Notes: a model not told the origin generated them from the sequence alone. A stretch of 64,000 nucleotides of DNA from an uncultured Candidatus Binatia bacterium (GCA_965214605.1 OZ243961.1:3968001-4032000), one strand, 5' to 3'. Numbered from the stretch's first letter, positions 9,086 to 20,760 are shown. Numbers and translations are program-made.

Positions 9086-9829
9086 ATGATTCCACTTGGG
9101 TCAACGATTCCTTTGCAGCGCACGCCGTGGGTGACCTACACTGTGATGGTGACCTGTATCGGCCTGTTCGGCTATGAATTGTACCGGCAGCACAGCGGTC
9201 TTGATCTGGATGCTTTTTTTGTCAGCTATGGCTGGGTTCCGGCCGAGTTCTCTGCAGCCATTGAGCAGCGCCAATTCCCGCGTCTCTTGCCGCTTCTCAG
9301 CAGCATTTTCTTACACGGCAGATGGACCCATTTAATGGGCAACTTGTTTTTTCTGTACATTTTTGGGCGGCATGTTGAGGAGCGCCTAGGCGCTGGCCGC
9401 TACGCCGCCTTCTTCTGCTTCGGCGGGGTGGTGGCCATGCTGGTGCAGACCTCTGTTGCACCTTTTTCTGTTGTCCCGATGATCGGGAGCAGCGGTGCTA
9501 TTGCCGCGCTAGCCGGGGCCTACTGCGTTTTCTATCCGACCGAGCGCGTCCTGACGGTCATTCCGCCTCTCTTTCAGGTCGTCCGAGTTCCGACCCTTGG
9601 CTATTTGCTGGCCTGGCTGGTCTTGTTGCTCACCTCTGAGTTATACCTCGTCGCCCGCGACGAACAGCTAATGACATGGGGGGCACATGTGGGGGGATTT
9701 GTGGCTGGAGTCGTCTTTGGCCCGCTGTCTTTGGCCCTCAAGCGTCGGCGGCTGTACAAGAAACGGGCCCAGTCCTGGCGTCCGGCCTCTCCCTTTATCT
9801 TGGAGAACTCGCGGTCCGGCTGGCGTTAG
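9086..9829 (+). CDS. Rhomboid intramembrane serine protease
   Basis: FLHG..HLMGN, VEERLG, GSSG catalytic Ser, AHVGG catalytic His. Confidence 0.92.
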   Translation: MIPLGSTIPLQRTPWVTYTVMVTCIGLFGYELYRQHSGLDLDAFFVSYGWVPAEFSAAIEQRQFPRLLPLLSSIFLHGRWTHLMGNLFFLYIFGRHVEERLGAGRYAAFFCFGGVVAMLVQTSVAPFSVVPMIGSSGAIAALAGAYCVFYPTERVLTVIPPLFQVVRVPTLGYLLAWLVLLLTSELYLVARDEQLMTWGAHVGGFVAGVVFGPLSLALKRRRLYKKRAQSWRPASPFILENSRSGWR

Positions 9830-10578
9830 CTGCTCCGCGGCAGTGTGGTATGCAGGTAGACAGACACGGCCGCGTAGTACAGCGGATAGGCCAGCGACAC
9901 GCCCAGCAGCCATGGGTTCGGTCTTGGTAATTGCCAGATAAGCATGCCTAATAGCACCCCCCACACCACCCCGAGTCCGTTGGTCAGGCGGCGGAACTGT
10001 ACAGTTCGGGAGGGGTAGACATAGCGCATGGGAACAAAGACAAGGGCGACGCACAGACACACCAAGCCGGCGCTCAGCCAGGCTGGGGTCTGGGCGGCGT
10101 ACAGATAAAAGACCACGATATTCCAGTACGACGGAAAACCACTAAAGAAGAAATCGGCTGTTTTAGCCTGGGCCTGACAGAAGCCATAACCGCTGGCCAT
10201 TAGTATGAGGGCGGCAAGAGGTAGGCTGGCTGAGGCCGGCATGAGGTGGAATTGGTACGCAAACATGACAGGCACGACGACAAAGGTAAAATAGTCGACG
10301 AGGTCGTCAAGTTTGGCCCCGTCGAACCACGGTATGAGCTGTTTGACCCTTACGGCTCGGGCCAGCATCCCGTCTGTGGCATCAACTAGCACCGCGAGGA
10401 GCATCCATCCAAACGCCTCCCGTGGCCGCCCGGCCACGATCGCCCGCAGGGCTAGGAAGCCAATCACAAAGCCTGAGGCCGTATAGACGTGGACTGCCCA
10501 GGCTGCGGCGTACTGCAAGGCTGAGAAAGCAAGCTGGCGACCCTCAGCCGAGTCGCTGGGGACTGAGGCTTGGTTCAT
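9826..10578 (-). CDS. pcs: Phosphatidylcholine synthase (CDP-alcohol phosphatidyltransferase family)
   Basis: VHVYTASG, DATDGMLAR, FDGAKLDDLVDY, F.GFPSYWN, YVYPSR. Confidence 0.85.
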   Translation of the reverse strand: MNQASVPSDSAEGRQLAFSALQYAAAWAVHVYTASGFVIGFLALRAIVAGRPREAFGWMLLAVLVDATDGMLARAVRVKQLIPWFDGAKLDDLVDYFTFVVVPVMFAYQFHLMPASASLPLAALILMASGYGFCQAQAKTADFFFSGFPSYWNIVVFYLYAAQTPAWLSAGLVCLCVALVFVPMRYVYPSRTVQFRRLTNGLGVVWGVLLGMLIWQLPRPNPWLLGVSLAYPLYYAAVSVYLHTTLPRSS

Positions 10579-10960
10579 ACAGGACCTGGATCAGATTGCC
10601 GTCCGGGTCCTTGCAGTATAAGGACCGGCTCCCGTCGCGGTGGGTTCGTGGAGCGGTAACAACGGAGACTTGCCGGGCGGCCAGCACCTCGGCCGCCCGG
10701 TCAACATCGCCCGGCTGGGCCACCACAAAACCAAAATGGTCAAGTCGCTGCCCTGCCGCCTGACCGGCATGCGGCCCGGGCAAGGCCCGGTGCAGGGCTA
10801 GATTGTCGCAGCCGGACGACAGATAGGCATTCTCGGCGTCGGGCTGCCAGACGACCCGCATCCCGAACAGAGCGGTGTAAAAGGCGACCGAGGTCGCAAC
10901 ATCGGCAACGTTGAGTGCTACATGGCGCAGACCCCTGGTGGGAATGGCTGGTTCCGGCAT
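10544..10960 (-). CDS. VOC/glyoxalase family protein
   Basis: LRHVAL, FYTALFGM, LDHFGF, SLYCKDPDGNLIQ. Confidence 0.9.
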   Translation of the reverse strand: MPEPAIPTRGLRHVALNVADVATSVAFYTALFGMRVVWQPDAENAYLSSGCDNLALHRALPGPHAGQAAGQRLDHFGFVVAQPGDVDRAAEVLAARQVSVVTAPRTHRDGSRSLYCKDPDGNLIQVLYEPSLSPQRLG

Positions 10961-10987
10961 TGATCTGCCCTCTCTGCTCATAGCCGC

Positions 10988-12145
10988 TCAGCGTTTTTTC
11001 AGCAGCAGATATAATTCGCCCTGCTCGGCCATGTAGCCGGCTTCGACCTGAGCGCCGCTGCCCCAGAAGATATCTGCCCGTCCGGGGCCGCTGATGGCTG
11101 CACCACTGTCCTGGAGCAGGACGAACCGGGAAAAGGGCTGCCAGGTCACTTCTTGGCGCGGACCGACTAGAGGTTTTCTGGTGTGGATAAACCCGAGCGC
11201 GCCGAGCGGATAGACACGTGGGTCAATAGCAATCGAACGTCCGGCTGTGAGCGGGCTGCCTAGGCTGCCGCGTGGCTCACCTCGGCTGGGTCGAAAAAAA
11301 ACGTAGCGTCGATTCTGGAAAAAGATCTCGCTCTGCTCTTCCGGATGGGTATACAGGTAGCGCTTGATAGCCGGGGTAGAAGTGTTGCCAGGTTGGAGCT
11401 TGTTCTGTTGGCGCAGATGTTTGCCGATACTGGTGTAGGTGTGTCCGTTCGTGCCGGCATAGCCGACCCGCAGACGCGATCCGTCTGTCAGCGCAATCTG
11501 TCCAGAGCCTTGGATATGCAGGAAGAAGAGGGCGACCGGATCATCCAGCCAGGCAATCTCAGCCCGCCTGTTGGCCAGTGCACCTTGGCCATCAATTTCG
11601 GCCCGGGTGAAGTAGGGCACGAACTGGCCGTTGGCCCAGCGGCCGATCCGCGGGGCGCTTTGGCCCGAGGCCGGGGCGAGTTCGACTAGGTCATCGGGCA
11701 GGCGGTAGAGGGGGTAGCAGTAGCGTTGGGTGCGGACCAAACTGCCTCTGAGCAGCGGCTCGTGGTAGCCAGTAAACAGCACTCGGGAGCTCGCCCGATA
11801 GATATCAAAGTCGCGCAGGACCGCGGCGGACAGATCTTCTTCGGTTTCTAGCAGGGTGTGGAAGTGTTGCAGGCTGGTACGGATGTCGGCCAGGCTGATA
11901 CGCTGAGAGCCAAAGACCATGGGGGCGGCCCCGGACCTGGGCCGCAGCACCGTGAGGCTGCGTCTCACCGCATACTTGAGAGAGGTCCGACTGAGGTCGT
12001 CGTACAGGGCCGGTGTGGTGTAGGCGGTGAGGCGGAAGAGGTTGGGTGGGGCTGCGTGGAGGGGGGGGAGGCAGACAAGAAGAGTCAAAAAGCAAATGAT
12101 GAATGGTAAAAGTACACTCCCTCTCAGCCGACTCCACATCTCCAT
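10988..12145 (-). CDS. mltA: Membrane-bound lytic murein transglycosylase A
   Basis: FTGYHEP, FFLHIQGSG, YAGTNGH.YTSIG, RSIAID, QDSGAAI.G..RADIFWG; start chosen from the GGAGG RBS. Confidence 0.92.
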   Translation of the reverse strand: MEMWSRLRGSVLLPFIICFLTLLVCLPPLHAAPPNLFRLTAYTTPALYDDLSRTSLKYAVRRSLTVLRPRSGAAPMVFGSQRISLADIRTSLQHFHTLLETEEDLSAAVLRDFDIYRASSRVLFTGYHEPLLRGSLVRTQRYCYPLYRLPDDLVELAPASGQSAPRIGRWANGQFVPYFTRAEIDGQGALANRRAEIAWLDDPVALFFLHIQGSGQIALTDGSRLRVGYAGTNGHTYTSIGKHLRQQNKLQPGNTSTPAIKRYLYTHPEEQSEIFFQNRRYVFFRPSRGEPRGSLGSPLTAGRSIAIDPRVYPLGALGFIHTRKPLVGPRQEVTWQPFSRFVLLQDSGAAISGPGRADIFWGSGAQVEAGYMAEQGELYLLLKKR

Positions 12146-12179
12146 CTTCATCCTCCTCCACCTCGGCGTTTTGATTTTC

Positions 12180-13367
12180 CTAGGTCTCATAGCCTTTCCG
12201 CGCTGCCTGTACTGCGGCGCCAGGCTGGCACGGATGGCCGTGTTGGCGCAAAATCGCTTCCAGAGATTCCAACAGGAACAAGACGTTTTCCTCAGAGCTG
12301 GACTCTCCCATGAGCCCAATCCGCCACACCTTACCCGCAAAATCGCCTAGTCCGGCGCCGATCTCGATATTGTAGTCGCTCAGCAGGGCACTCCGCACCG
12401 CGGCCTCGTCGATCCCGTCGGGTACGCTGACGCTGTTAAGCATCCACAACCGGTGGCCTTCCTGGGCGACCGGTTCAATGCCTAGGGCGCTGAGTCCGGC
12501 GGCTAAGACCTCGTGGTTGCGCTTATGGCGGGCGTGCCGGGCTGGCAGTCCCTCTTCTTTGACCAGGCTCAGGGCTTCACACAGGGCATAGGTCATCGAG
12601 ATTGGAGCGGTATGGTGGTAGACACGCTTGGCCTGCCCTTCGCTCCAGTAGTTGCCCAGCAGGCTGACGTCAAGATACCAGCTCTGGACCCGAGAGGTGC
12701 GTCGGCCAATGACATCTAGTGCGGCCTGACTAAAGGTCACCGGGGACAACCCCGGAGGACAACTTAAGCATTTCTGGGTGCCGCTATAGCAGGCGTCAAT
12801 GCCCCAGTTGTCGACCTCAAGCGGACAGCCGCCGAGCGAAGTGACGGCGTCGACTACAAAGAGGGCGCCAGCCTGGTGAATGAGGGGGGCCATGTCTTCG
12901 AGTGGCTGCCAGGCGCCGGTTGAGGTTTCGGCGTGGACTAGGGCGACGAACTTGGGCCGTCGGCAGCGGTCCAGGGCCTCTTGGACCTGTTCACGGCTAA
13001 AGACGTGGCCCCACTCTGCGTGCATCTCAAACGGAGTTGCACCGCAGCGCTTGGCAACCTCAACCATACGCATACCAAAGATCCCATTCACCCCAATGAT
13101 GACCTCATCGCCCGGTTCAATCAGGTTGACCAGACAGGTTTCCATGCCTGCACTCCCGGTGCCAGAGATGGGCAAAGTCATTCTGTTCTGGGTCTGAAAA
13201 ACAAACCGCAGCAGGTCTTGGGTGTAATCCATCAGTTCGACGAACTTGGGATCAAGATGGCCGACTAAGGGGGTAGACATAGCCTGGAGGACGCGCGGAT
13301 GGACATTACTAGGACCTGGGCCAAGCAGGACCCGTTGTGGGATGGATAGGTGACCAAGCCGTGCCAT
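12180..13367 (-). CDS. Alanine--glyoxylate/serine--pyruvate aminotransferase (class V PLP)
   Basis: LLGPGPSN, HAETSTG, DAVTSLGG, SGTQKCLSCPPG, YHHTAP. Confidence 0.95.
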   Translation of the reverse strand: MARLGHLSIPQRVLLGPGPSNVHPRVLQAMSTPLVGHLDPKFVELMDYTQDLLRFVFQTQNRMTLPISGTGSAGMETCLVNLIEPGDEVIIGVNGIFGMRMVEVAKRCGATPFEMHAEWGHVFSREQVQEALDRCRRPKFVALVHAETSTGAWQPLEDMAPLIHQAGALFVVDAVTSLGGCPLEVDNWGIDACYSGTQKCLSCPPGLSPVTFSQAALDVIGRRTSRVQSWYLDVSLLGNYWSEGQAKRVYHHTAPISMTYALCEALSLVKEEGLPARHARHKRNHEVLAAGLSALGIEPVAQEGHRLWMLNSVSVPDGIDEAAVRSALLSDYNIEIGAGLGDFAGKVWRIGLMGESSSEENVLFLLESLEAILRQHGHPCQPGAAVQAARKGYET

Positions 13368-13528
13368 GATTCTCCTCTTATCGCTCAATGTGAACCTGTG
13401 TAGCCTAGCACGGACGGCTGATGAGGAAAAGCGCTGGGGGCCGGGCAAGGAGAGACACCGACGTGCTTTTTTGCTACAAGAGCGTCGCAAGAACAGGGCT
13501 GCGCCGCAGCCGCAAAGGAGGTCGAACG

Positions 13529-14578
13529 ATGCCGCTTCTCAACGGAATTGAGCTGAGTGTACTGCCCACCATGGGAGTGGGATCGTACGCCTCGCCGGGC
13601 TGGCTGACTGCGATGCGTCGAGCACTGCGGGCCGGTACCGCCGGACCGGCAGATCTGGAAGAGGCTATTCTTGATGCAGTCAGAGTTGCAGTGTGTGACC
13701 AGGAGGACGCCGGGCTCGACATTCTGAGCGACGGGGAAATCCGCCGCCAGCGTTTCCTGTGGAATGTGGTCGAAAAGCTGTCCGGTCTGAGAGTGGTTCC
13801 CGCCCAACGCAAGCTGGGGGTGATGAGTTATGACAGCGCGCCGCGTTTTGAGACGGTTGAGCGGGTCAGTGCGCCTGAAGGATTTGGCCTAGTCCAAGAG
13901 TATATGGATGTCCGTCAGCTGACACAAAAGCCCCTCAAGGTCTGCTGCCCAGGACCGCTGACGATTGTCATGCCGATTACCCCCAAAGGCGGCTATGAGG
14001 GCGATTATATGCCGCTGCTGTACGATTTGGCCGGGCTAGTGAACCGCGAACTCAAACAGGTGGTGGCCGCGGGAGCGACGTTTATCCAGATTGATGAGCC
14101 CTCGGCCGTTGGTCGTACGCCGGTGCTGCCGATTGAAGAAACGGTCGCCCTGTTTAATAAGACGGTTGAGGGCCTAGAGGCCAAAATCGCGTTGCACATC
14201 TGCTTTGGCAATAATCAGGGCCGACCAGCCATGAAACGTACCTACCGCCCGCTCTTTCCCGGCATTCTTGAGGCCAAGGCGGAGCAGTTTGCCCTCGAGT
14301 TTTCCAATCGGGAAATGTCGGAGGTCGAACTCTGGAGCGAGTTTGGTGGGGAGCGGGAGCTGGCCGCCGGTGTGATTGACGTGAAGTCCATGTATCTGGA
14401 GACGCCGGAAGATGTGGCTGAGCGGATACGGATTATTTTGCAGCACGTTGATCCCGAAAAACTGTATCTGACCTGTGATTGCGGCTTTTCGGCCTCATCG
14501 CGGGGGCTGGCCCGAGCCAAGCTGCACGCTCTGGTTGCCGGGGCCGAGATTGTGCGAAGAGAGTTGCGGAACAGCTAA
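13529..14578 (+). CDS. Single-barrel ('core') cobalamin-independent methionine synthase family protein
   Basis: VGSY, SDGEIRR, GPLTI, IQIDEP, Zn ligands HIC, E and CDCG; AAGGAGG RBS. Confidence 0.88.
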   Translation: MPLLNGIELSVLPTMGVGSYASPGWLTAMRRALRAGTAGPADLEEAILDAVRVAVCDQEDAGLDILSDGEIRRQRFLWNVVEKLSGLRVVPAQRKLGVMSYDSAPRFETVERVSAPEGFGLVQEYMDVRQLTQKPLKVCCPGPLTIVMPITPKGGYEGDYMPLLYDLAGLVNRELKQVVAAGATFIQIDEPSAVGRTPVLPIEETVALFNKTVEGLEAKIALHICFGNNQGRPAMKRTYRPLFPGILEAKAEQFALEFSNREMSEVELWSEFGGERELAAGVIDVKSMYLETPEDVAERIRIILQHVDPEKLYLTCDCGFSASSRGLARAKLHALVAGAEIVRRELRNS

Positions 14579-14980
14579 GGGCTGCGGATATCTCTGTTGT
14601 AGAAAATACCGGCGTTGCATGCGTATTTGGCTCGCGTCATTCGCGGCGTTAGATTCAGAGGAGGAGTGAGGATGCTGTCCTCACTTGACGCTAATCCGTA
14701 TATGACGAAGCTCCCTTACCTCACTGACTTCGAGCTCTGACGATCTCGGCTCACATCGGCTCACAGATGAGCAGTGCTCTTCGTTGCCCTGAGACAGATC
14801 GAAAGGCGGCGAAGTCCATTCACTAATGGCGTTCTGTAGAACCCACCCTCCACGAGAGGGTGTCAAACTTCAGGCTGAGATTGCTCGGTGTCGAAACAGG
14901 ATTGCGCGGGTGAGTCAGCCCGAGATCACGAGGAGGTGTCCCGAAGAGTCCCGCCTTTGAATACAAATAACCAAGGCGCC

Positions 14981-16873
<1,893 letters not shown>

Positions 16874-16918
16874 CTGCTCCCCCCCACCCCTTCAGCGCTT
16901 TGGTAGTTTTTAGCAGGG

Positions 16919-17725
16919 TTAGACACTGGACCGGGAAAGAAACTCCTTAAAGACAGCCAAAAAGGGCTCGCGGGCGGCCGTCACAAAGCCGTGGCCGGCA
17001 TTCTCGAAAAGGTGCAGCTCGGCGTTTGGAATCTCACGTGCCAGAATTTCGGAGTTGGCGGATGGAATCAGGACATCATCACGGCCGGTCGCAACCAAGG
17101 TCGGAGCGGTGATGTCTTTGAGCTGCCTGAACACGCGCAGGGTCATGGTTGCCTGAATATGGCGTTCATAGGCAAAGCGTGGCGTGACGTGGGTCAAGGA
17201 CTGCTGCAGGTGCGCCTCAAGTTCGTCGCGATGCTCACGAATATAGTTCTCTGAATAGGCCAGTTTCCAGGCTGCCCGGCCAGCTTCTTCCGGCGTCTGT
17301 CCCGCCCGGCCTTTGAGCGCCTCCATCGATTCCGGCGGAGCCGGCACGGAGTGCTTTCCGCCTGGCGTGGTACAGCCAAGGGTCAGGCTGGCCAGGCGTT
17401 GGGGGTAATGAATGGCCAGCTCTTGGGCGATCATACCGCCCATTGAGATCCCAAACACATGGGTTTTGGGAATGTTCAATCCATCGAGGAGTCCGACCGC
17501 GTCGCTGGCAAACAGTGCGATTGAGTACTCTTCATCGGGTTTGTCGGACTGGCCGGTGCCTCGATTATCATAGGTGATGATTTGGTGGCTCTCGGCCATG
17601 GCTTCGACAAATGGCTGATCCCAATTCGCGGCCGGTGAGCCAAGACCCATGATGAGCAAGAGGGGCTGGCCTTGGCCTTGAATGTCGTAGTGTAGCTGAA
17701 TCCCGTTGACGTGTGCGTATGGCAT
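16919..17725 (-). CDS. Alpha/beta hydrolase (3-oxoadipate enol-lactonase-like fold)
   Basis: DNRGTG, GISMGG, GRDD, AGH. Confidence 0.92.
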   Translation of the reverse strand: MPYAHVNGIQLHYDIQGQGQPLLLIMGLGSPAANWDQPFVEAMAESHQIITYDNRGTGQSDKPDEEYSIALFASDAVGLLDGLNIPKTHVFGISMGGMIAQELAIHYPQRLASLTLGCTTPGGKHSVPAPPESMEALKGRAGQTPEEAGRAAWKLAYSENYIREHRDELEAHLQQSLTHVTPRFAYERHIQATMTLRVFRQLKDITAPTLVATGRDDVLIPSANSEILAREIPNAELHLFENAGHGFVTAAREPFLAVFKEFLSRSSV

Positions 17726-17819
17726 AAGCCCTCCTTCTATGACGCGGTCTTATAATCTTCAGTCAAAAAACGCCAGAGCCGTATTGCTGGGCCGACGGGA
17801 GAGGTATACATTTGCGGCT

Positions 17820-18788
17820 ATGCAGACAGTGCCGGCGGATGCGGCCGACTTACGATCCGCAATCAAGCGGCTGTCACGCCCCCACAGCCTCAGCACCGTC
17901 TATCATCTGGCCGAGGTGTGGGGCGTGATTGCGGCTGCCATCTACACCAGCGCGGTGCTGGTCCCGCCCGCCTCAGGACTGCTGGGCCTTGGGGCGTACC
18001 TCGGCATGCTGGCAGTGATTGCCGCCCGTCAACACGCCCTCATGGTCCTGGGCCACGAGGCCATACACAAACGTTTGTCACCGAATGGGTGGGTCAACGA
18101 TTGGCTCGGGCGTATCTTCGCCGCTTTTCCGGTATTCATCTCGCTGGCCAAGTGGCGTTTCATCCACCTCCACCATCACCAATGCACCCATACTGCGGAT
18201 GATCCGGATCGGGCGATTTATGCTCGCTATCCCATTGCCGCCTCTGCCTTTTGGCGTCTGGTGATGCGTGACGGGTGCGGGGTGAACGTTCTCTCAACCC
18301 TAAAATATTTTATCGATATCCCCTTTGTGACGGCTGAGTTTAACCGGCGCTTTCTGGGGGAAGCGCGTGAACAACACTACCGGCAGCTCTCGGATATGCG
18401 GGCGTTCGGTGTGTTCTGGAGCTTTGTCCTGATCGGCGGCGGCTACTGGGGCGGAATGCGGTTTGTGGCGGCTTTCGTCCTGTATTGGCTGCTCCCCTAC
18501 TGCACGCTCACCCAAATATTCTTTCGCGTCCGCGGGGCGATCGAACATGGCAATGTGCCTGATCCCGGCAATCCGTATCAGAACACACGGACGTATCTTA
18601 TGCACCCAATAGCGGCGTTCTTCTTCTCCCCCAAGCGGGTGAACTACCACCTTGAGCACCATCTGTACCCTGGAGTGCCATTCTACCAGCTGCCCCGGCT
18701 GCATCGCCTATTACGCCGTGCGGTCTACCCACGAGAGCACGCCTACTATGAACGTTTCAGCCGGGGCTTGCGCAAATTGGTGCGTTGA
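17820..18788 (+). CDS. Membrane fatty acid desaturase family protein
   Basis: Three His boxes HEAIH, HLHHH and YHLEHH with hydrophobic segments. Confidence 0.92.
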   Translation: MQTVPADAADLRSAIKRLSRPHSLSTVYHLAEVWGVIAAAIYTSAVLVPPASGLLGLGAYLGMLAVIAARQHALMVLGHEAIHKRLSPNGWVNDWLGRIFAAFPVFISLAKWRFIHLHHHQCTHTADDPDRAIYARYPIAASAFWRLVMRDGCGVNVLSTLKYFIDIPFVTAEFNRRFLGEAREQHYRQLSDMRAFGVFWSFVLIGGGYWGGMRFVAAFVLYWLLPYCTLTQIFFRVRGAIEHGNVPDPGNPYQNTRTYLMHPIAAFFFSPKRVNYHLEHHLYPGVPFYQLPRLHRLLRRAVYPREHAYYERFSRGLRKLVR

Positions 18789-18843
18789 GCTGATTGGCCG
18801 CTGCCTCCTCTCCCCGGCCGGGAGAGGGTTGACTGGAGAACAA

Positions 18844-19965
18844 CTACAAATCGTATGCCCGGGCGGCATTATCGCCCAGAATATTTTGCTGATCGGCCGG
18901 ATCCATACTCTTGATATTGTTCTTCAGGATCCGAAGCGCACCGGGAAAGCCGTCAAAGTGGGGAAAATCGGTTGACCAGAAAAATTTATCCGATCCCCAG
19001 CGTTGGCTCGCGGCCGGGATCATGCTTTCGTCCACATCGGCGCCCACCCACACCTGACGTCGGAAGTATTCACTAGGGGGTCGTTTGCAGGCGGTCATAA
19101 AGCCGCTGTGTTGCCACTTGCTGTCCATACGTTCGATGAAGTGCGGCACCCACCCCGCGCCAACTTCGAGGCACAGCAGTTTCAGCCTGGGGAAGCGTTC
19201 TAATACCCCGCCTTCAAAGAAGCTGACAAACGAGGCTTGAATATCAAAGCCTAAGGTAACGGACAGGAAATAAAACGGCGATCCCTTAAAGGTCATATGG
19301 TCATACCACTGGCTGCCGTGAAAGTTGGGCCGGGCGATGACGTGTAAGCCAACTGGAACACCCAAATCCTGGGCGGTCGCCCAAAAGGGATCGTAATAGG
19401 TGTCGCCGTAGGCTTTGCCATTGGTCGGCCAGGGCGTGAGCATGACCGATTTGAGACCGATCTTGGCAGCGTGCTTGAGTTCGATAGTCGCTCTATCAAC
19501 GTCCATCAGCGAAATATGGGCGACTCCATACAGGCGGTCCGGGTAATGGTGACAGAAGTCGGCAATCCACTCGTTGTAGACATGGCAGTAGGCGTCGGCC
19601 AGTTCGGGGTCGTTGACTTCGCCCTCCCACAATAGACCTAGCGTTGGGTAGAGAACGGCCGCGTCAATGTCGTCGGTGTCCAGGAGTTTGACCCGCTCGT
19701 GTGGATCGTACGCCCCTGGTGGTGCGTGCATATAGCTGAACTCGTTTGAGAAGGCTACCTCGCCCGGCCGGCCAAAGGACGACGCAACCCCAAGTCCCTG
19801 GGTAAACTCTGAGATGCGTCCGTTGACAACAAGGCATTCCGTGCCCTCTTCATTGCGGGCAATCCCCAGCGTGCGATCCTTGAATTTAGCGGGAAGGTTT
19901 TTTTCCCACAGATCAGGCGGTTCAAGGATATGGCCGTCCGCGTCAACGATTCTGCCAAGCTGCAT
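18844..19965 (-). CDS. Amidohydrolase_2 family protein
   Basis: DADGHILEP, LYPTLG, YNEWIADFC, FPRLK...LEVGAGW, STDFPH. Confidence 0.92.
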   Translation of the reverse strand: MQLGRIVDADGHILEPPDLWEKNLPAKFKDRTLGIARNEEGTECLVVNGRISEFTQGLGVASSFGRPGEVAFSNEFSYMHAPPGAYDPHERVKLLDTDDIDAAVLYPTLGLLWEGEVNDPELADAYCHVYNEWIADFCHHYPDRLYGVAHISLMDVDRATIELKHAAKIGLKSVMLTPWPTNGKAYGDTYYDPFWATAQDLGVPVGLHVIARPNFHGSQWYDHMTFKGSPFYFLSVTLGFDIQASFVSFFEGGVLERFPRLKLLCLEVGAGWVPHFIERMDSKWQHSGFMTACKRPPSEYFRRQVWVGADVDESMIPAASQRWGSDKFFWSTDFPHFDGFPGALRILKNNIKSMDPADQQNILGDNAARAYDL

Positions 19966-20044
19966 GCGATATCCCTCCTTATTCCTAGTGTGTGTATGGC
20001 GCGTATCTGCTCAGAGAGCAGAAATACCGGCGCCGAAGAGAGAA

Positions 20045-20116
20045 TACCCTCGCCGGGAATCGAACCCAGACCCCAGGTTCCGGAGACCTGTGTGATATCC
20101 ATTTCACCACGAGGGC
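20045..20116 (-). tRNA. tRNA-Arg (CCG)
   Basis: Reverse complement GCCCTCGTGGTGAAATGGATATCACACAGGTCTCCGGAACCTGGGGTCTGGGTTCGATTCCCGGCGAGGGTA: cloverleaf, anticodon loop CTCCGGA, GTTCGA T-loop; CCA not encoded. Confidence 0.97.
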
Positions 20117-20279
20117 ATTAAAGGGAGGATTGTGCATAGCATGTGCAACAGCGGCAAGCAATGTTGTTGGCCCTGTAGCAGCAATTCTCCTTTTGACTGT
20201 TTGCTGTTTTATGTCGGGTTGCCTGCGGCTCCGTGATGTGGATTGGCGTCCATGGGGGGTGGGGGAGCTGGGTGTGTCG

Positions 20280-20760
20280 GGAGGGGGCCACGTGAGAGGT
20301 GGGGGAGGATTCGCAGTGGCGGGAACCGGGTGCGGCGGGGACCGATGTCCTGGCGCGCCGGCGGCCCGCCTGCGGGGCGAGCCGGGCGGACAGACGAGGG
20401 GGCGCGAGCCAAAGAACGCCGGGCCGGCCATGGCAGGCAGCCGGCGGGCGGCAAGCCGGCCCAGGGACGCGAGGGCGCGGGGCGCCTCAAGGACCTCGAC
20501 AAGGGCGGGAAACGGCCCGGCGAAGGGGGCCGGCGACACGCCGGCCGGCCGTGGCCGAACAGGGGGGCGTGGGAGCGCGTCGGCGCTTTCGCCCCCGCCC
20601 GCTGGGGGACACGGAACGAAGGAGCCGGCAGGAAGCACACCGACAGCGCCGCCGGGGCGACGGCCGTCAGGGAGGACTGGCCGGTGAGGCCGCGGCCCGG
20701 GGCCGGGGCCACCCGGCGCAGCCCCCCCGCTGCCTTTGAGCCGACCCACGTGTGCTCCTA
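20280..20760 (+). mobile_element. Heavily degenerate IS200/IS605 TnpB-like remnant (tentative) within a very GC-rich segment
   Basis: Frame-hopping fragments CGASRA / EGARAKERRA / RLKDLDKGGKR..E..R.AG.P / GR...AGATAVREDWP recall the TnpB N-terminal G.CR..N.AL..KE.Y / LKDLDKA.K.FF...G.P / GRI.LPK.GWV.VR pattern. Confidence 0.35.

Noticed and set aside
14600-14660. GTTAGAT resembling an integron attC core site
   Set aside because: No matching inverse core (RYYYAAC), no cassette array and no integrase
18804-18830. CTCTCCCCGGCCGGGAGAG REP-like hairpin
   Set aside because: Single clear copy between convergent genes; adequately explained as a terminator-like hairpin
20045-20760. Genomic island integrated at tRNA-Arg
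   Set aside because: The anomalous DNA is 5' of the tRNA; no 3'-end duplication or integrase seen
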